Origin: an uncultured Planctomycetota bacterium
GTDB taxonomy: Bacteria > JAJVIF01 > JAPKYR01
Direction of reading: 5' to 3'
Assembly (NCBI GenBank): GCA_964354375.1
Contig: CAYGZQ010000007.1
Span: 29,230-93,229, forward strand
DNA length: 64,000 bases
Under the pieces are notes generated by a model. That model had not been told where the DNA came from. It did not search any database and was given only the letters and a program-made list of their open reading frames with translations. The translations under genes and the position numbers were made by a program. This document shows positions 19,343 to 29,136 of this stretch, piece by piece. Within the stretch, counting starts at the first letter, position 1; the number at the start of each line of letters is the position of its first letter.

Positions 19343-19553
19343 GACTAACCCAGCCGGAAAGCAGGCGCAACAGAAGAATCACCGCAAGGGCGCCAAGAAC
19401 ACCAGGGACACCAAGAAGACGGACAAAATGAACCTTAACAGCAGGAAAATATCTCTGAATGGGGACGAGAGGCGGCCTCATACCAGGAATCGTCGCCCGA
19501 AAGGTTGATACCCAGGCTCGCAAGCAATAGAATACCGATTCCGTTTGCTTCAG

Positions 19554-21740
19554 ATGTCTGATTCTCACAACATGTACAGGCTCAACTCCCGGATTGCGAG
19601 GTCCAGCGACGGATGTCCGGCGCATCCGTCCCACTCCCAGTATCACCTTCTCAGGCTGCTCATCGGTAGTCTTCTCGGCGGCTGGAGCGCGATGCTGGTG
19701 TTCATGCTCCTGGGATTCCTGGGATCGATCGAGTTCACCCGGTCGGGGGGGCTGGCGATGCAGTGGGTATTCGTCGGGGGATCCGTGCTCGGCATCCTGC
19801 TCGGCCTGATCTTCTCGATAATCGCTGCCGTGCTGGTCAACATGATCCCGCCGCTCGGCAGAATCCTTCACCCGCTTGCGCTGGTAAGGGCAGGTTTCAT
19901 TCTGGTAATCGTCTGGCCTCTTGCTGCCCTGGCTCCCTGGCCGTACACATCTCTCGGTTTCGTACTGGCCCCGTTCGTCGCCATACTCCTGGCCTGGCTC
20001 GGCCTGAGGGGCAACCTTCACGCCGAGCTTGTGCCGCACTCCTCGATCGGACGGCTCCTTGGTACATCCGTCGGACCGTTCCTCGCCCTTGCGCTCGCTC
20101 TGTTCATCCTCATCCCGATGGTCAACCGCGGCTTCGGCAATCCGCACCAACCCAGGCTGGTTATCATCGCTGTCGACGGTGTCGACGGTCAGCTCCTGAA
20201 CCAATTCGTGCATGCCGAAGATTCCGACAAGTATGCGAACCTCAGACAGATGGCCGACGAGGGCGGCCTCGGAATAGTCGGAGCCGTTCAGCCCCTCGTA
20301 CCCACTCGCATGTGGGCGGACCTCATGACCGGCACCGACGCCGAGACTCACGGAATCTTCGACATCCACAGCACGTCCGCCGACTTCAAGGGCATGCCGA
20401 TATGGGAGATTCTCTCGGAACACGACTACAGGGTCGGCCTGTTCCAGGTTGCCCCTCCGCATGAGAAATGGTCGGACGCCGAATTCGACATTGCCGCGCC
20501 GGGCACGTTCGAGGCGCGAACCGATCCTCTGGCTCTCGTCCTCGAAAACGTCAGGGCGGCCGGTCGAGGCGAGGGCCGCCCGAATCCCCTGCAGGCACTC
20601 TACCTCGCGTGCCTTCTTGCCAGACACGGCGTAACGCTCGAAACGATCGCCGACCTGGCAAGGGAGTATCTCCTCGAGCTTGCCACCCGACCGTCGCCGC
20701 GTCTCACGTACCAGGCTCGCAAGCTTCTCGAGTTCAGAATCGAAACCGACTGCGCTCTCGCCCTTTTGAGACAGCATCCCGTGGATGCGGCGATCCTCCG
20801 TTTCGACAGTCTCGGACCCCTGTTCTTCACGTACTGGCGATACTCGAAGGCAAACGAGTTCGGTCCGCCGCCGGAGGATGTCGACGCTTCGGTTCTTGCG
20901 GGGCTCGGACAGGTCCTGCCGGACGCTTATGTGCAGCTCGACGGCCTCGTTCGGAGGCTTGAGACATTTCGCGGCCCCGGGACTTATTTCGCCGTTGTCT
21001 CCAACCACGGAATGAGGTCCGCCACCGATCGCAGACGCCTGGATCTCCAACTGTCCCCGGATCGGCTCATCCGGGCCTGCGGCTGGGAGGGTCGAGTCGT
21101 GGGAGACTCGGGCGGCGATGCCGTCTACTTTCGGCTCAGGGAGCCGTCGACCGATTCGGACCCGCTTATCGAGCTTGAGGACCTGCTGAGGACCGCCGAA
21201 TGGTCCGCCGGAGTCGACAATTATTCCGGAAGCAGAGGCATGCGAAATCTCCTGACCACCAACCGGCGTGAGAACTACCTCGAGGTCACCATCACCTTCT
21301 CCCATGATCTGACGCGCGAGTCATGGGTCACTATGGGCGCCTGGTCGGGACCGCTTGGGGATATCCTGCTTCCGGGCGAGCCGATGAGCGGACTTGTCTC
21401 CGGCACCGGCGTTTTTCTTGTATCCGGTCCGAGTTTCAAACCGGACGCGGTCGCAAACAGCCCTGCCCTCTTCGACATAGCGCCGACCCTGCTGCATGCG
21501 CTGGGCATTGAGATTTCCCGGGAGCTCCTCGGCCGCGTGATGGATGAGATGTTCGATTCTGTATGGCTCAGCAAGCATCCGGTCAGGTTCATCGACAGTT
21601 ACCATCCGCCCCGGCCTGCAGAACCCGAGCCGGGCCTCCAGCCGTCGACCCAGCCTCCCGAGGCGTTTCAGTATTCCGTCCCCGAGCCCCAGACCCCCGA
21701 GGAAATCCACTACTCCCCCCCGGCGCCTGTTGATTTGTAG
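19554..21740 (+). CDS. Membrane-anchored alkaline-phosphatase-superfamily protein (type I phosphodiesterase/nucleotide pyrophosphatase-like) with a Pro-rich C-terminus.
   Basis: After four or five N-terminal TM helices comes LVIIAVDGVDGQ, the metal-binding motif of the AlkP core, then a roughly 450-aa soluble domain. The start is uncertain: ATG 19554 or TTG 19545. Confidence 0.55.
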   Translation: MSDSHNMYRLNSRIARSSDGCPAHPSHSQYHLLRLLIGSLLGGWSAMLVFMLLGFLGSIEFTRSGGLAMQWVFVGGSVLGILLGLIFSIIAAVLVNMIPPLGRILHPLALVRAGFILVIVWPLAALAPWPYTSLGFVLAPFVAILLAWLGLRGNLHAELVPHSSIGRLLGTSVGPFLALALALFILIPMVNRGFGNPHQPRLVIIAVDGVDGQLLNQFVHAEDSDKYANLRQMADEGGLGIVGAVQPLVPTRMWADLMTGTDAETHGIFDIHSTSADFKGMPIWEILSEHDYRVGLFQVAPPHEKWSDAEFDIAAPGTFEARTDPLALVLENVRAAGRGEGRPNPLQALYLACLLARHGVTLETIADLAREYLLELATRPSPRLTYQARKLLEFRIETDCALALLRQHPVDAAILRFDSLGPLFFTYWRYSKANEFGPPPEDVDASVLAGLGQVLPDAYVQLDGLVRRLETFRGPGTYFAVVSNHGMRSATDRRRLDLQLSPDRLIRACGWEGRVVGDSGGDAVYFRLREPSTDSDPLIELEDLLRTAEWSAGVDNYSGSRGMRNLLTTNRRENYLEVTITFSHDLTRESWVTMGAWSGPLGDILLPGEPMSGLVSGTGVFLVSGPSFKPDAVANSPALFDIAPTLLHALGIEISRELLGRVMDEMFDSVWLSKHPVRFIDSYHPPRPAEPEPGLQPSTQPPEAFQYSVPEPQTPEEIHYSPPAPVDL

Positions 21741-21755
21741 TTATGTAGCCCGGCA

Positions 21756-22188
21756 TTTCCTTTGCCGGGTTTGCCTGTATTCTATTCCCGTCCCGGCATT
21801 TCCAGAGGCTATCTCGAAACTCAGTGAACTGGTGACAAAGGAGTTGCATCGGGAGGGCGAGGCTCCTGCCGAGCCGCACTATCCCAGCGGTTACGGCTCA
21901 GCGAGAGCTTCGCCCTCCCGAATCTGGCGGAACGTTGGGAGTTTTAAGCCAGCCTCTTCCTTTGCCGGGTTTGCCTGTATTCTATTCCCGTCCCGGCATT
22001 TCCAGAGGCTATCTCGAAACTCAGTGAACTGGTGACAAAGGAGTTGCATCGGGAGGGCGAGGCTCCTGCCGAGCCGCACTATCCCAGCGGTTACGGCTCA
22101 GCGAGAGCTTCGCCCTCCCGAATCTGGCGGAACGTTGGGAGTTTTAAGCCAGCCTCTTCCTTTGCCGGGTTTGCCTGCATTCTATGCC
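21756..22188. repeat. Perfect tandem direct repeat, 200-bp unit, about 2.15 copies.
   Basis: Copy 1 (21759-21958) and copy 2 (21959-22158) are identical base for base. A third copy starts at 22159 and diverges after about 30 bp. The unit contains internal inverted repeats (cgggagggcgaag...cttcgccctcccg and cctttgccggg...cccggcaaagg). Confidence 0.85.
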
Positions 22189-22215
22189 CGGCAAAGGAGA
22201 TGCCGGGCTACTCGC

Positions 22216-24537
22216 TCAGCCCATGGCGAGACCGAACACGGCGGCGAAGATCGGACCGTCCGGTTCAATGCTGAACCAGACGTGTATTTGGTAGTGTTCA
22301 GGGTCCACATCGATGCAGGCAGGATAGCCTGGGATATCAAGCAGGCCGGCCCAGGACGCGCCTGTCTGATCGAAAGTCTCGATGCTCCATGTGGCGGCGC
22401 CCTGTTCCAGGACAACAACCCAGTTGTACGCGCCGTAACCGCCCTTGCTGGTCGGCATAACGGCGATGTCCCTGGGGGTTCCGTGGAATTCGTTGACGGT
22501 AGTAAACGGCAGATTCAGCAGCCCTGTGTTGTCGGTTGATACAACGCCGAAGCATTCCAGCGCAGGAGGTTCGGTTTCCATGAACCAGCAAATCAGGTCC
22601 ATTGAGCCTGAGACGCCCTGAGGGTCGGAGTCCAGCGCGAACCTGTCAAGATGCTCGATATCCACTTTGCCGTCGCCCGGTCCCGCCGGCACAAGGGACC
22701 CGCTGATATAGTCGACATCGCCGCTGAACGGGTTGCCCGTGAAGCCATACTGATAAACTCCCAGGATCACCGTGACCTCGGGATCCGGCTCCACGCCGGC
22801 GTCGGGATCGTTCACCTGGATCCAGTATATCTTTGCGTTCTTGACGCTGTCGGCCCAGTTCGCGGCTGTGTCGACGAACCGGAAATACCCCAGTGTCGGA
22901 TCCGGCATCCCTATCTGCATCGGCAACTGGCCGCTTTGGCTGTAGACCTCATTGAAGAAGAAGGCGTAGTCGCGCTTCAGACCGCCGAGGAATGTCGGCG
23001 ACTTCGCAGCAGAGATAGTGGATGCGACAAACTGTCCAAACGGGCAAAGCTCGAACCTGCCTAGTGTTTCGGGCGCCCCGTACAGGTCCAGTTCCGTGTA
23101 CCCGAAGAAACCTCCCAGCGTCGTCGCATGAACGGCGCTCTGGTAGTCAAGATCGTACTTGTACAGCATGTAATCGTCGGCAAAGAAATACACTCCCTCC
23201 ATCGAGCCTCCTCCCACGACCGAGATCTCCTTCAACACAGTCTCAGGCTGCGTCGGCAGGATTTTGGCGGTCACGAGATCCCATTTCAAAGGAGGCACCC
23301 AGCTCACCAGCGTCTGGAAGCGATGATAAGCGCCGACAACAGCACCGGACGGACCGAAGAACATGGAGTAACCGTCCTGAGTGTACTTTTCATAAGTCTC
23401 GACAGTGATCAGGCATTCCTTGATACCGTCGGACTCCAAAGCGTCGGGCGCAATCTCAGCCGTGTACGTAGAGTACACCGGATCGTCCGGTCCGCCGCCG
23501 CTTCCCGACACGACAGCCGCAGTGACCGGCGAACCGACTATACCCGGCGCGTCAATCACCACCCGCTCAATCTCATCGGGGCGCCACGTGTACACGTTGA
23601 TGTCCAGGGAGAGTTTCCCGCCCGTTCCGAGACCTTCCAGCCAGTACAGCGTGTTTTCCTTCTCGATGACCTCGACAGCGTAGCCCTCGGGCGCGTTGGC
23701 GGCCGTAGGGAAGTCGTCAGGTACGGTCGGATTGTCCATGGTGCTCGGGGGCGCCCAGCATGCATCGATCGCGTACTGAAACCGAAGCCAGTCAGCCGGA
23801 TCGTCGCCGAAGCTGATTTCGTAGTGGCGACGATTCGAGGAACCCGCGGAGAAGGCTCCCCTTCCCCCATTCGGCACGGTTGTGACGGGATCGTTCAGGC
23901 CCAGGCCGTCCGCGAAATACTTGTATCCGTTCACCGTCGAAGTGAAAACCCCCGCTCCGCCTTTCGAGCCAATGAGACCCTGCTTGAAGCCGAAAATCCC
24001 CGTGCCGGGGAACTCCTTCGGATTCCACCAACGAGTCAACCCGTCCGGATTCAGAAGCCTCGGCTCGCTGTAGGAGGGGAAGATGAGCGAGATATCGCCG
24101 AACGGCAGGTCCGATCCCGGCGTCAGGACAATTCCGCGAACATCGAATCCGGAATACTGATCCATGCCCGGAAACGGATGGTTGAGAATGACATCCACGC
24201 CGACGTAGTTCTGGGACTGGTTGATTACGAGCGTCCCCGAATCGAAGGTGAGTCCGGACAGAGCCGGGGGCTCCAGAAACCCCAGGGCGTTGAGATGAAA
24301 ATCCGCCCCCCTGACCGGCAGCACCTCGATCCTGCCGACGCTTTTCTGTATCGCGATGTCCCAGAGTCCCCAGAGGCATCTGCTTGGTGACGCCGTGACC
24401 GACGCAGCGGCATCGGGCGAAACCGGGCTGCCGTTGTGCGGAGCGACGGCGTCACCCGACCCGCATCCGAGCAGGTACGCGCTCAGGAAAACGGCTGCAA
24501 CCCATATTGAGTGTCCAGGCTTTATAGACATAGTCAT
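22216..24537 (-). CDS. Giant lipoprotein, family member C (about 773 aa from the ATG at 24537).
   Basis: Lipobox LLGCGSG. The N-module motifs are CLWGLWDIA, PDGLTRWWNPKEF, TSTVNGYKYFADGLG, FQYAIDACW and VPDDFPTAAN. The C-terminal half is divergent. Confidence 0.75.
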   Translation of the reverse strand: MTMSIKPGHSIWVAAVFLSAYLLGCGSGDAVAPHNGSPVSPDAAASVTASPSRCLWGLWDIAIQKSVGRIEVLPVRGADFHLNALGFLEPPALSGLTFDSGTLVINQSQNYVGVDVILNHPFPGMDQYSGFDVRGIVLTPGSDLPFGDISLIFPSYSEPRLLNPDGLTRWWNPKEFPGTGIFGFKQGLIGSKGGAGVFTSTVNGYKYFADGLGLNDPVTTVPNGGRGAFSAGSSNRRHYEISFGDDPADWLRFQYAIDACWAPPSTMDNPTVPDDFPTAANAPEGYAVEVIEKENTLYWLEGLGTGGKLSLDINVYTWRPDEIERVVIDAPGIVGSPVTAAVVSGSGGGPDDPVYSTYTAEIAPDALESDGIKECLITVETYEKYTQDGYSMFFGPSGAVVGAYHRFQTLVSWVPPLKWDLVTAKILPTQPETVLKEISVVGGGSMEGVYFFADDYMLYKYDLDYQSAVHATTLGGFFGYTELDLYGAPETLGRFELCPFGQFVASTISAAKSPTFLGGLKRDYAFFFNEVYSQSGQLPMQIGMPDPTLGYFRFVDTAANWADSVKNAKIYWIQVNDPDAGVEPDPEVTVILGVYQYGFTGNPFSGDVDYISGSLVPAGPGDGKVDIEHLDRFALDSDPQGVSGSMDLICWFMETEPPALECFGVVSTDNTGLLNLPFTTVNEFHGTPRDIAVMPTSKGGYGAYNWVVVLEQGAATWSIETFDQTGASWAGLLDIPGYPACIDVDPEHYQIHVWFSIEPDGPIFAAVFGLAMG

Positions 24538-25061
24538 TTTTGGCTGCCCCCGGGACCGCGTAATCCGCCCGAGTATATAGATACGCTTGCCCCGCCTCTG
24601 CTTAGAATTCCCGGGAACCGTCTCTCCGATTGATGTCAAAGAGACTACCCGGTCCGTACGCCGGCGTCAACCATCCAGGCCGTTCCCGGGGGACGGACAG
24701 TACCCAACGCCCTTGTCCTTAATCGGGTTATAAGGCATTATATCAGGTTTAATTGGACGGCGGCAATCACGAAACTGGGTCCACAGCTATAATCATCTAT
24801 CAATGCCTATCAATTGATAGTTTACAAGCGAAACTTGAATGTATAAGTCTTTTTGGCGCAGAATTCACCCGAAAAAACGCAGGGCGAAACATCGTCGCGG
24901 CCCGCTCCCAATGCACGATATGCCTGGTTGCGGATACGAATGCCTCCCGTCCCGGCGGGAAGTGCCCTTGACTGAGAACACGCGACATAGTAAATGATTA
25001 CTGACTATTCGGATTGCCTGCACTAACAGTCTAATCTTCAAAGACTGGGAAGGGGAGAGAA

Positions 25062-25286
25062 ATGAAGGGGCAACGCGTCACCGTCACCGAGGTGGATGAT
25101 CTTTCATCCGCCCGCGACTCCAGCCGCTTGGGCTCCGGGACCCAACCGCGTGAATCATGGCGCGGTTTTTTAGTGGGCTCGGAAAGCCCGGAGCCGACCG
25201 AGGAGGACGAGGTCATCTGGAACATGCCGCCCACATACCCCTTTGACGGCGAAGACCCGAAGGAGAACTCCGGCTTCATTTCATAG
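25062..25286 (+). CDS. Possible small acidic protein of 74 aa. The call is speculative.
   Basis: There is an AGGGGAG RBS 4-5 nt before the ATG. The ORF lies in the AT-richer leader upstream of the kinase gene and I recognise no homology. Confidence 0.25.
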   Translation: MKGQRVTVTEVDDLSSARDSSRLGSGTQPRESWRGFLVGSESPEPTEEDEVIWNMPPTYPFDGEDPKENSGFIS

Positions 25287-25545
25287 CCGGGAAACTCTGA
25301 AATTCGACGGGCCTGTCACAAGGGGGACCTCCCGCCTCGAACTGCTGATCGGAGAAGTCGCAAGTCTCCAGCTCGTATCCGGACCGGGGACCGGCGAACC
25401 CGTCAAGAGCATCTCGCCCAGGATATTTTAATTAATATCAGTACTGTGTAAATTGCATTGAATCTGATTAAGTCCAGACGTAAATGCAATGATTAAAGTC
25501 CGATTGACTCCGAATGGAGCATCGGTACTGATACTTATTGTGTAG

Positions 25546-28500
25546 ATGTCTGAAGACGCCGGGGCATACTTGGGGTTGCGACTGAAAGGCCGCTACCTTA
25601 TTGAGGATCACATCGGCAGTGGTCTGTCCGCGCACGCATTCCGCGCATACGACACCCTGCTGCAGGGACGTGTCGTGGTCAAGATAATCAAGAGCTCCAT
25701 CGCAGACGTCGCCATCGATCTCGGGGAGAAATGGAAGGAGGAGAGCCGCAAGGCCATGCAGGTCCGCGGACACCCTCATATCGCCAGCATCCTCGACCTC
25801 GGCGAAGAGACGTTGGCAGTGAGCGACAAGCCCGAGAACGTTCACTTCATCGTCACCGAATTCATAGAGGGCAAGACCCTAAGAGACCTCGCGGGCGATC
25901 GCAGCCCTCTCGATCCTCCGACCATCTTCGCAATCTCGCACCAGCTTCTAAGCACTCTCGACTTCCTGCAGGCCAGGAAACTCTCGCACGGCGACCTCCA
26001 CGCCGGCAACATCATGGTCTCCCAGACCGGCGGCAACAGGCCGTTCATCAAGATCATCGATTTCGGCCTGGCCTCCAACACGCTTGTCCCGCGAAACCGG
26101 GAAAAGGACATACATTTCGCGCTCGGCCAGCTCGAGCATCTGTGCAAGAAGGCGCTTGCAGTCGAGAAAGAGGAGCACACGCGCGCGGTCCTGGAGAGCT
26201 TCGCCGCGCAGCTCAAGAAGGCGCAGAACTTCATTCCGAGCGGACGCATGCGCATCGCAGACCTTGTCGCGGAGGTCGAGACCCTGCAGCAGGAGCTGGC
26301 CAAGGGAGCGGTCCCCGGTGCGAAGGCTGTAACCGACGGCGAAGGCCCGCGCCGGCGGATCGACGTCACGAGGCGCACGCACTTCGTGGGACGCAAGAAC
26401 GAGGTCGAACGCCTGTACCAGCTTACCTCCAACGCTTTCCTGTCGAAGCAGGGCGCGCTTATGTTTGTCTCGGGAGAGGCCGGTGTGGGCAAGACCCGCC
26501 TGGTGGATGAAGTGCTCGGACGGATAGCCACCGAGAGAACGCGTCACCTGCTCCTCTACAACCGATGCAAGCAGGCTCCCAATCTGCCCCACGCCGCTCT
26601 GTTCGAAGCGGTGACCGATTTTCTGGACGAGATCCCGGGGGGTACCGACGAGGAGAAATTGTCGGTCGTTCTCGGATCGAGCCACAACATCGTGAGGCCT
26701 TTCGCGAGTCTGATAGCGGACTACCGTGCGATCAGCGGCATGAATCCGTCCAGAGACCCCGAAATCTCCTCGTCCGGGAACGCAGCGCACCTGTTCAGCG
26801 GATTCCTCACGCAGGCCGCCCTGAACACGCCGGTGGTTCTTTTCCTCGACGATCTCCACTGGGCCGATGCCGCGACGCTGGAATTCCTTGATTTTTTCGC
26901 TGCACGCATCCACGATTCGCCCATCGTAGTGTTCGCCACTCATCGACCCGAAGAGCTGGCGGGCGGCCGTGACGGGAAACCTCATCCGCTCGACATCCTG
27001 CTGGCCAAGCTCGACAGCAACGTCTCCACCAGGACAATCGAGCTCGGGGGGCTGGAGCGGGAGGAAGTGGACGAGATACTGAGCAATCTCTACACGTTTG
27101 TGCGTCCGGACGATTTCACCGCTCTGTCGGAGTCGGTCCGGAAGATGGCGGGCGGCAATCCCTTTTATCTCTTCGAGATCACCGGCCTGATGGAGGACGA
27201 GAAGATCCTGGTCGAGCGCGGCGAAAACAACTGGATTCTGGACGGGGACCTCGCGGAATTCGCGGTTCCGGACTCGATCAACAGCCTCATCCACCGCAGG
27301 GTCGACAGGCTCAGCCTGAACGAGATTCTGCTGCTGCGCGCCGCAGCCCTGCAGGGCGACAGTTTCGATATAAACCTTCTTGAGCGCATGTTCACCCCGC
27401 CGGACGAGAATCTGTCGGATATCATTGAAAACCTCCTCAAGCGTCACGGGCTAATCCAGCAGAGAGAGCCCGTCCATTTCGCGTTCAGCCACCACCAGGT
27501 CAGAAGGGCCATCCTGAGAGGCATTCCGCAGGACGATGTGGCTCGCGGACATCACGACATCGCACGCCTGCTCCAGCAGATGGCCGAGGAGAACCAGACG
27601 GCGGTCCCGAACTACCTGATCGCCCACCACCTCTCGCTCGCGGGAGAGAATACGGCGGCCGCCGAAAACTTCCATGCCGCAGGGAAGCGCGCGCTCAAGG
27701 CTCAGCAGTTCCACCTTGCGCTCGATCACCTGCGTCACGCGGCCGATCTCCTGGGCCCCTCCGATATGGAGACCGTCCTCGGCATCAACGTCACCCTGGA
27801 CCTGCTCGAAGCGGTCAAGCCCCTGGGTGAGCGCAAACTCCACGAGATGGCCGTGCACCAGCTGCAGGCGATCGCCGGCCACACCGGACGTCCCGACCTT
27901 CAGCTCAGGTCCATGCTCGAAGAGTGCATCTACCTCAGGATGATCAGCGAGAACGAGAAATCGCTGCAGGTGGCGCTGAGTCTCCTCGAACTGGCCAGGA
28001 AAAAAGAGGACGAGCAGACCGAGGCGGTGGCCCTTAAGGAAGCGGGCACTACGAGCTACCTGATGGGCAACATGGAGACCGCGGAGGAATACTTCCATCT
28101 CGCCGCGGGCATCCTCGCCAGCACCGGCGACCGCGCTCAGCTCGCGCGCGTCTACAACAACCTCGGGCTCGTCTGCAGAAACACCATGCGGCAGAGCGAG
28201 ATGATCCGCTACTTCCGCCGCGCCCTCGACATCTTCCGCGAGATCGACGACAGCATCGGGCAGCGTTTCCCACTGGGCAACCTCGGGATCGTCTACTTCG
28301 AGCGAGGAGAGTACGAGCGCGCATTCGAGTGCTTTTCGGCGCTCAAGGCGTCCATGGGCGACCGCGCCGACCTCATGATGGAGGCCAAGGTCGATTTCTC
28401 CATCGGGGAGATCTACCTCGAGGTCGGCCTGCTCGACAAGGCTCGCGAGTCCTGCGAGCACGCGCTCGAGACCTTCATGACCATCGGCAACCGTCAGGGA

Positions 28501-29073
28501 GAGAGCGAAGTCCTCGGCACCCTCGGCGGCATTCATCTCGCCAAGGGCGATATCCAGATCGCCAGGGAGTACTTCGAGCGATCCATGGAAGTCAAGAAAG
28601 TCATCGGGAACATGGTAGGAATGCTGCACTCGCAGATCACGCTTGCGAGGATCGCCAACATGGAGGGACGTCACGACGAGGGTCTGAGACTCGCCGAGGA
28701 GGTTCTGGAGAACGCACGCAAGAGAAACCAGCGCTCAATCGAACTCGAGTGCCTCACGGAGATCATGGTTGCGAAGGCCCAGATCGAAAACCCAGTCAAA
28801 GCCCTGGATGTCCTCAGCGCAAACGAGGACCCCTCGAACCTGAACGCGGGCGTATCCTCGGCACTCATATCGTTCGCCTACAAGGTCGGCGAGCTCGCAT
28901 TCCAGGCGGGCGACGAGAGCCGCGCGCTCAGGTACATCGGCCTGTCGGGCAAGATCGTCGAGGGTATCCTCGAGAGCATCACCGAGCCCGAGTGGCGTTC
29001 CGCATACGAAAAGAAACGGGAGCGCATCCTGGAGACATATCGGCGTCTCAAGCCCGCCATCGCGGAAACGTAG
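25546..29073 (+). CDS. PknK/MalT-like multidomain regulator: an N-terminal Ser/Thr protein-kinase domain, an AAA/STAND P-loop NTPase and C-terminal TPR repeats.
   Basis: Kinase motifs are the G-loop IGSGLSAHAF, the VAIK-like VVVKIIK, the non-RD catalytic loop HGDLHAGN and DFG (IDFGLA). The P-loop is FVSGEAGVGKTRLVDEV. Beyond about residue 800 are repeated TPR-like helices (e.g. YNNLGLVCRNTMRQSEMIRYFRRALDIF). Confidence 0.85.
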   Translation: MSEDAGAYLGLRLKGRYLIEDHIGSGLSAHAFRAYDTLLQGRVVVKIIKSSIADVAIDLGEKWKEESRKAMQVRGHPHIASILDLGEETLAVSDKPENVHFIVTEFIEGKTLRDLAGDRSPLDPPTIFAISHQLLSTLDFLQARKLSHGDLHAGNIMVSQTGGNRPFIKIIDFGLASNTLVPRNREKDIHFALGQLEHLCKKALAVEKEEHTRAVLESFAAQLKKAQNFIPSGRMRIADLVAEVETLQQELAKGAVPGAKAVTDGEGPRRRIDVTRRTHFVGRKNEVERLYQLTSNAFLSKQGALMFVSGEAGVGKTRLVDEVLGRIATERTRHLLLYNRCKQAPNLPHAALFEAVTDFLDEIPGGTDEEKLSVVLGSSHNIVRPFASLIADYRAISGMNPSRDPEISSSGNAAHLFSGFLTQAALNTPVVLFLDDLHWADAATLEFLDFFAARIHDSPIVVFATHRPEELAGGRDGKPHPLDILLAKLDSNVSTRTIELGGLEREEVDEILSNLYTFVRPDDFTALSESVRKMAGGNPFYLFEITGLMEDEKILVERGENNWILDGDLAEFAVPDSINSLIHRRVDRLSLNEILLLRAAALQGDSFDINLLERMFTPPDENLSDIIENLLKRHGLIQQREPVHFAFSHHQVRRAILRGIPQDDVARGHHDIARLLQQMAEENQTAVPNYLIAHHLSLAGENTAAAENFHAAGKRALKAQQFHLALDHLRHAADLLGPSDMETVLGINVTLDLLEAVKPLGERKLHEMAVHQLQAIAGHTGRPDLQLRSMLEECIYLRMISENEKSLQVALSLLELARKKEDEQTEAVALKEAGTTSYLMGNMETAEEYFHLAAGILASTGDRAQLARVYNNLGLVCRNTMRQSEMIRYFRRALDIFREIDDSIGQRFPLGNLGIVYFERGEYERAFECFSALKASMGDRADLMMEAKVDFSIGEIYLEVGLLDKARESCEHALETFMTIGNRQGESEVLGTLGGIHLAKGDIQIAREYFERSMEVKKVIGNMVGMLHSQITLARIANMEGRHDEGLRLAEEVLENARKRNQRSIELECLTEIMVAKAQIENPVKALDVLSANEDPSNLNAGVSSALISFAYKVGELAFQAGDESRALRYIGLSGKIVEGILESITEPEWRSAYEKKRERILETYRRLKPAIAET

Positions 29074-29136
29074 CCGCCCCGAAAAAATCCTGCCCTTCCT
29101 TGCGAATCACGTTCCGTTTCTGGTAACACTGCACCG

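Noticed and set aside
17973-21305. 1110-aa minus-strand ORF spanning the PMT-like gene and the phosphodiesterase-like gene.
   Set aside because: This is a GC-rich antisense or alternative-frame artefact. The translation is Arg/Gly/Pro-rich low-complexity sequence with no domain. It overlaps two well-supported genes on both strands (17999-19342 - and 19554-21740 +).
21544-22274. ORFs of 60-160 aa on both strands across the 200-bp tandem repeat (e.g. MRLGRSLALPMQLLCHQF… on the minus strand, twice).
   Set aside because: Their duplication is a consequence of the DNA repeat. Only the 66-codon plus-strand frame with an AAAGGAG RBS is even marginally gene-like. It is kept as a low-probability note in the findings, not as a feature.
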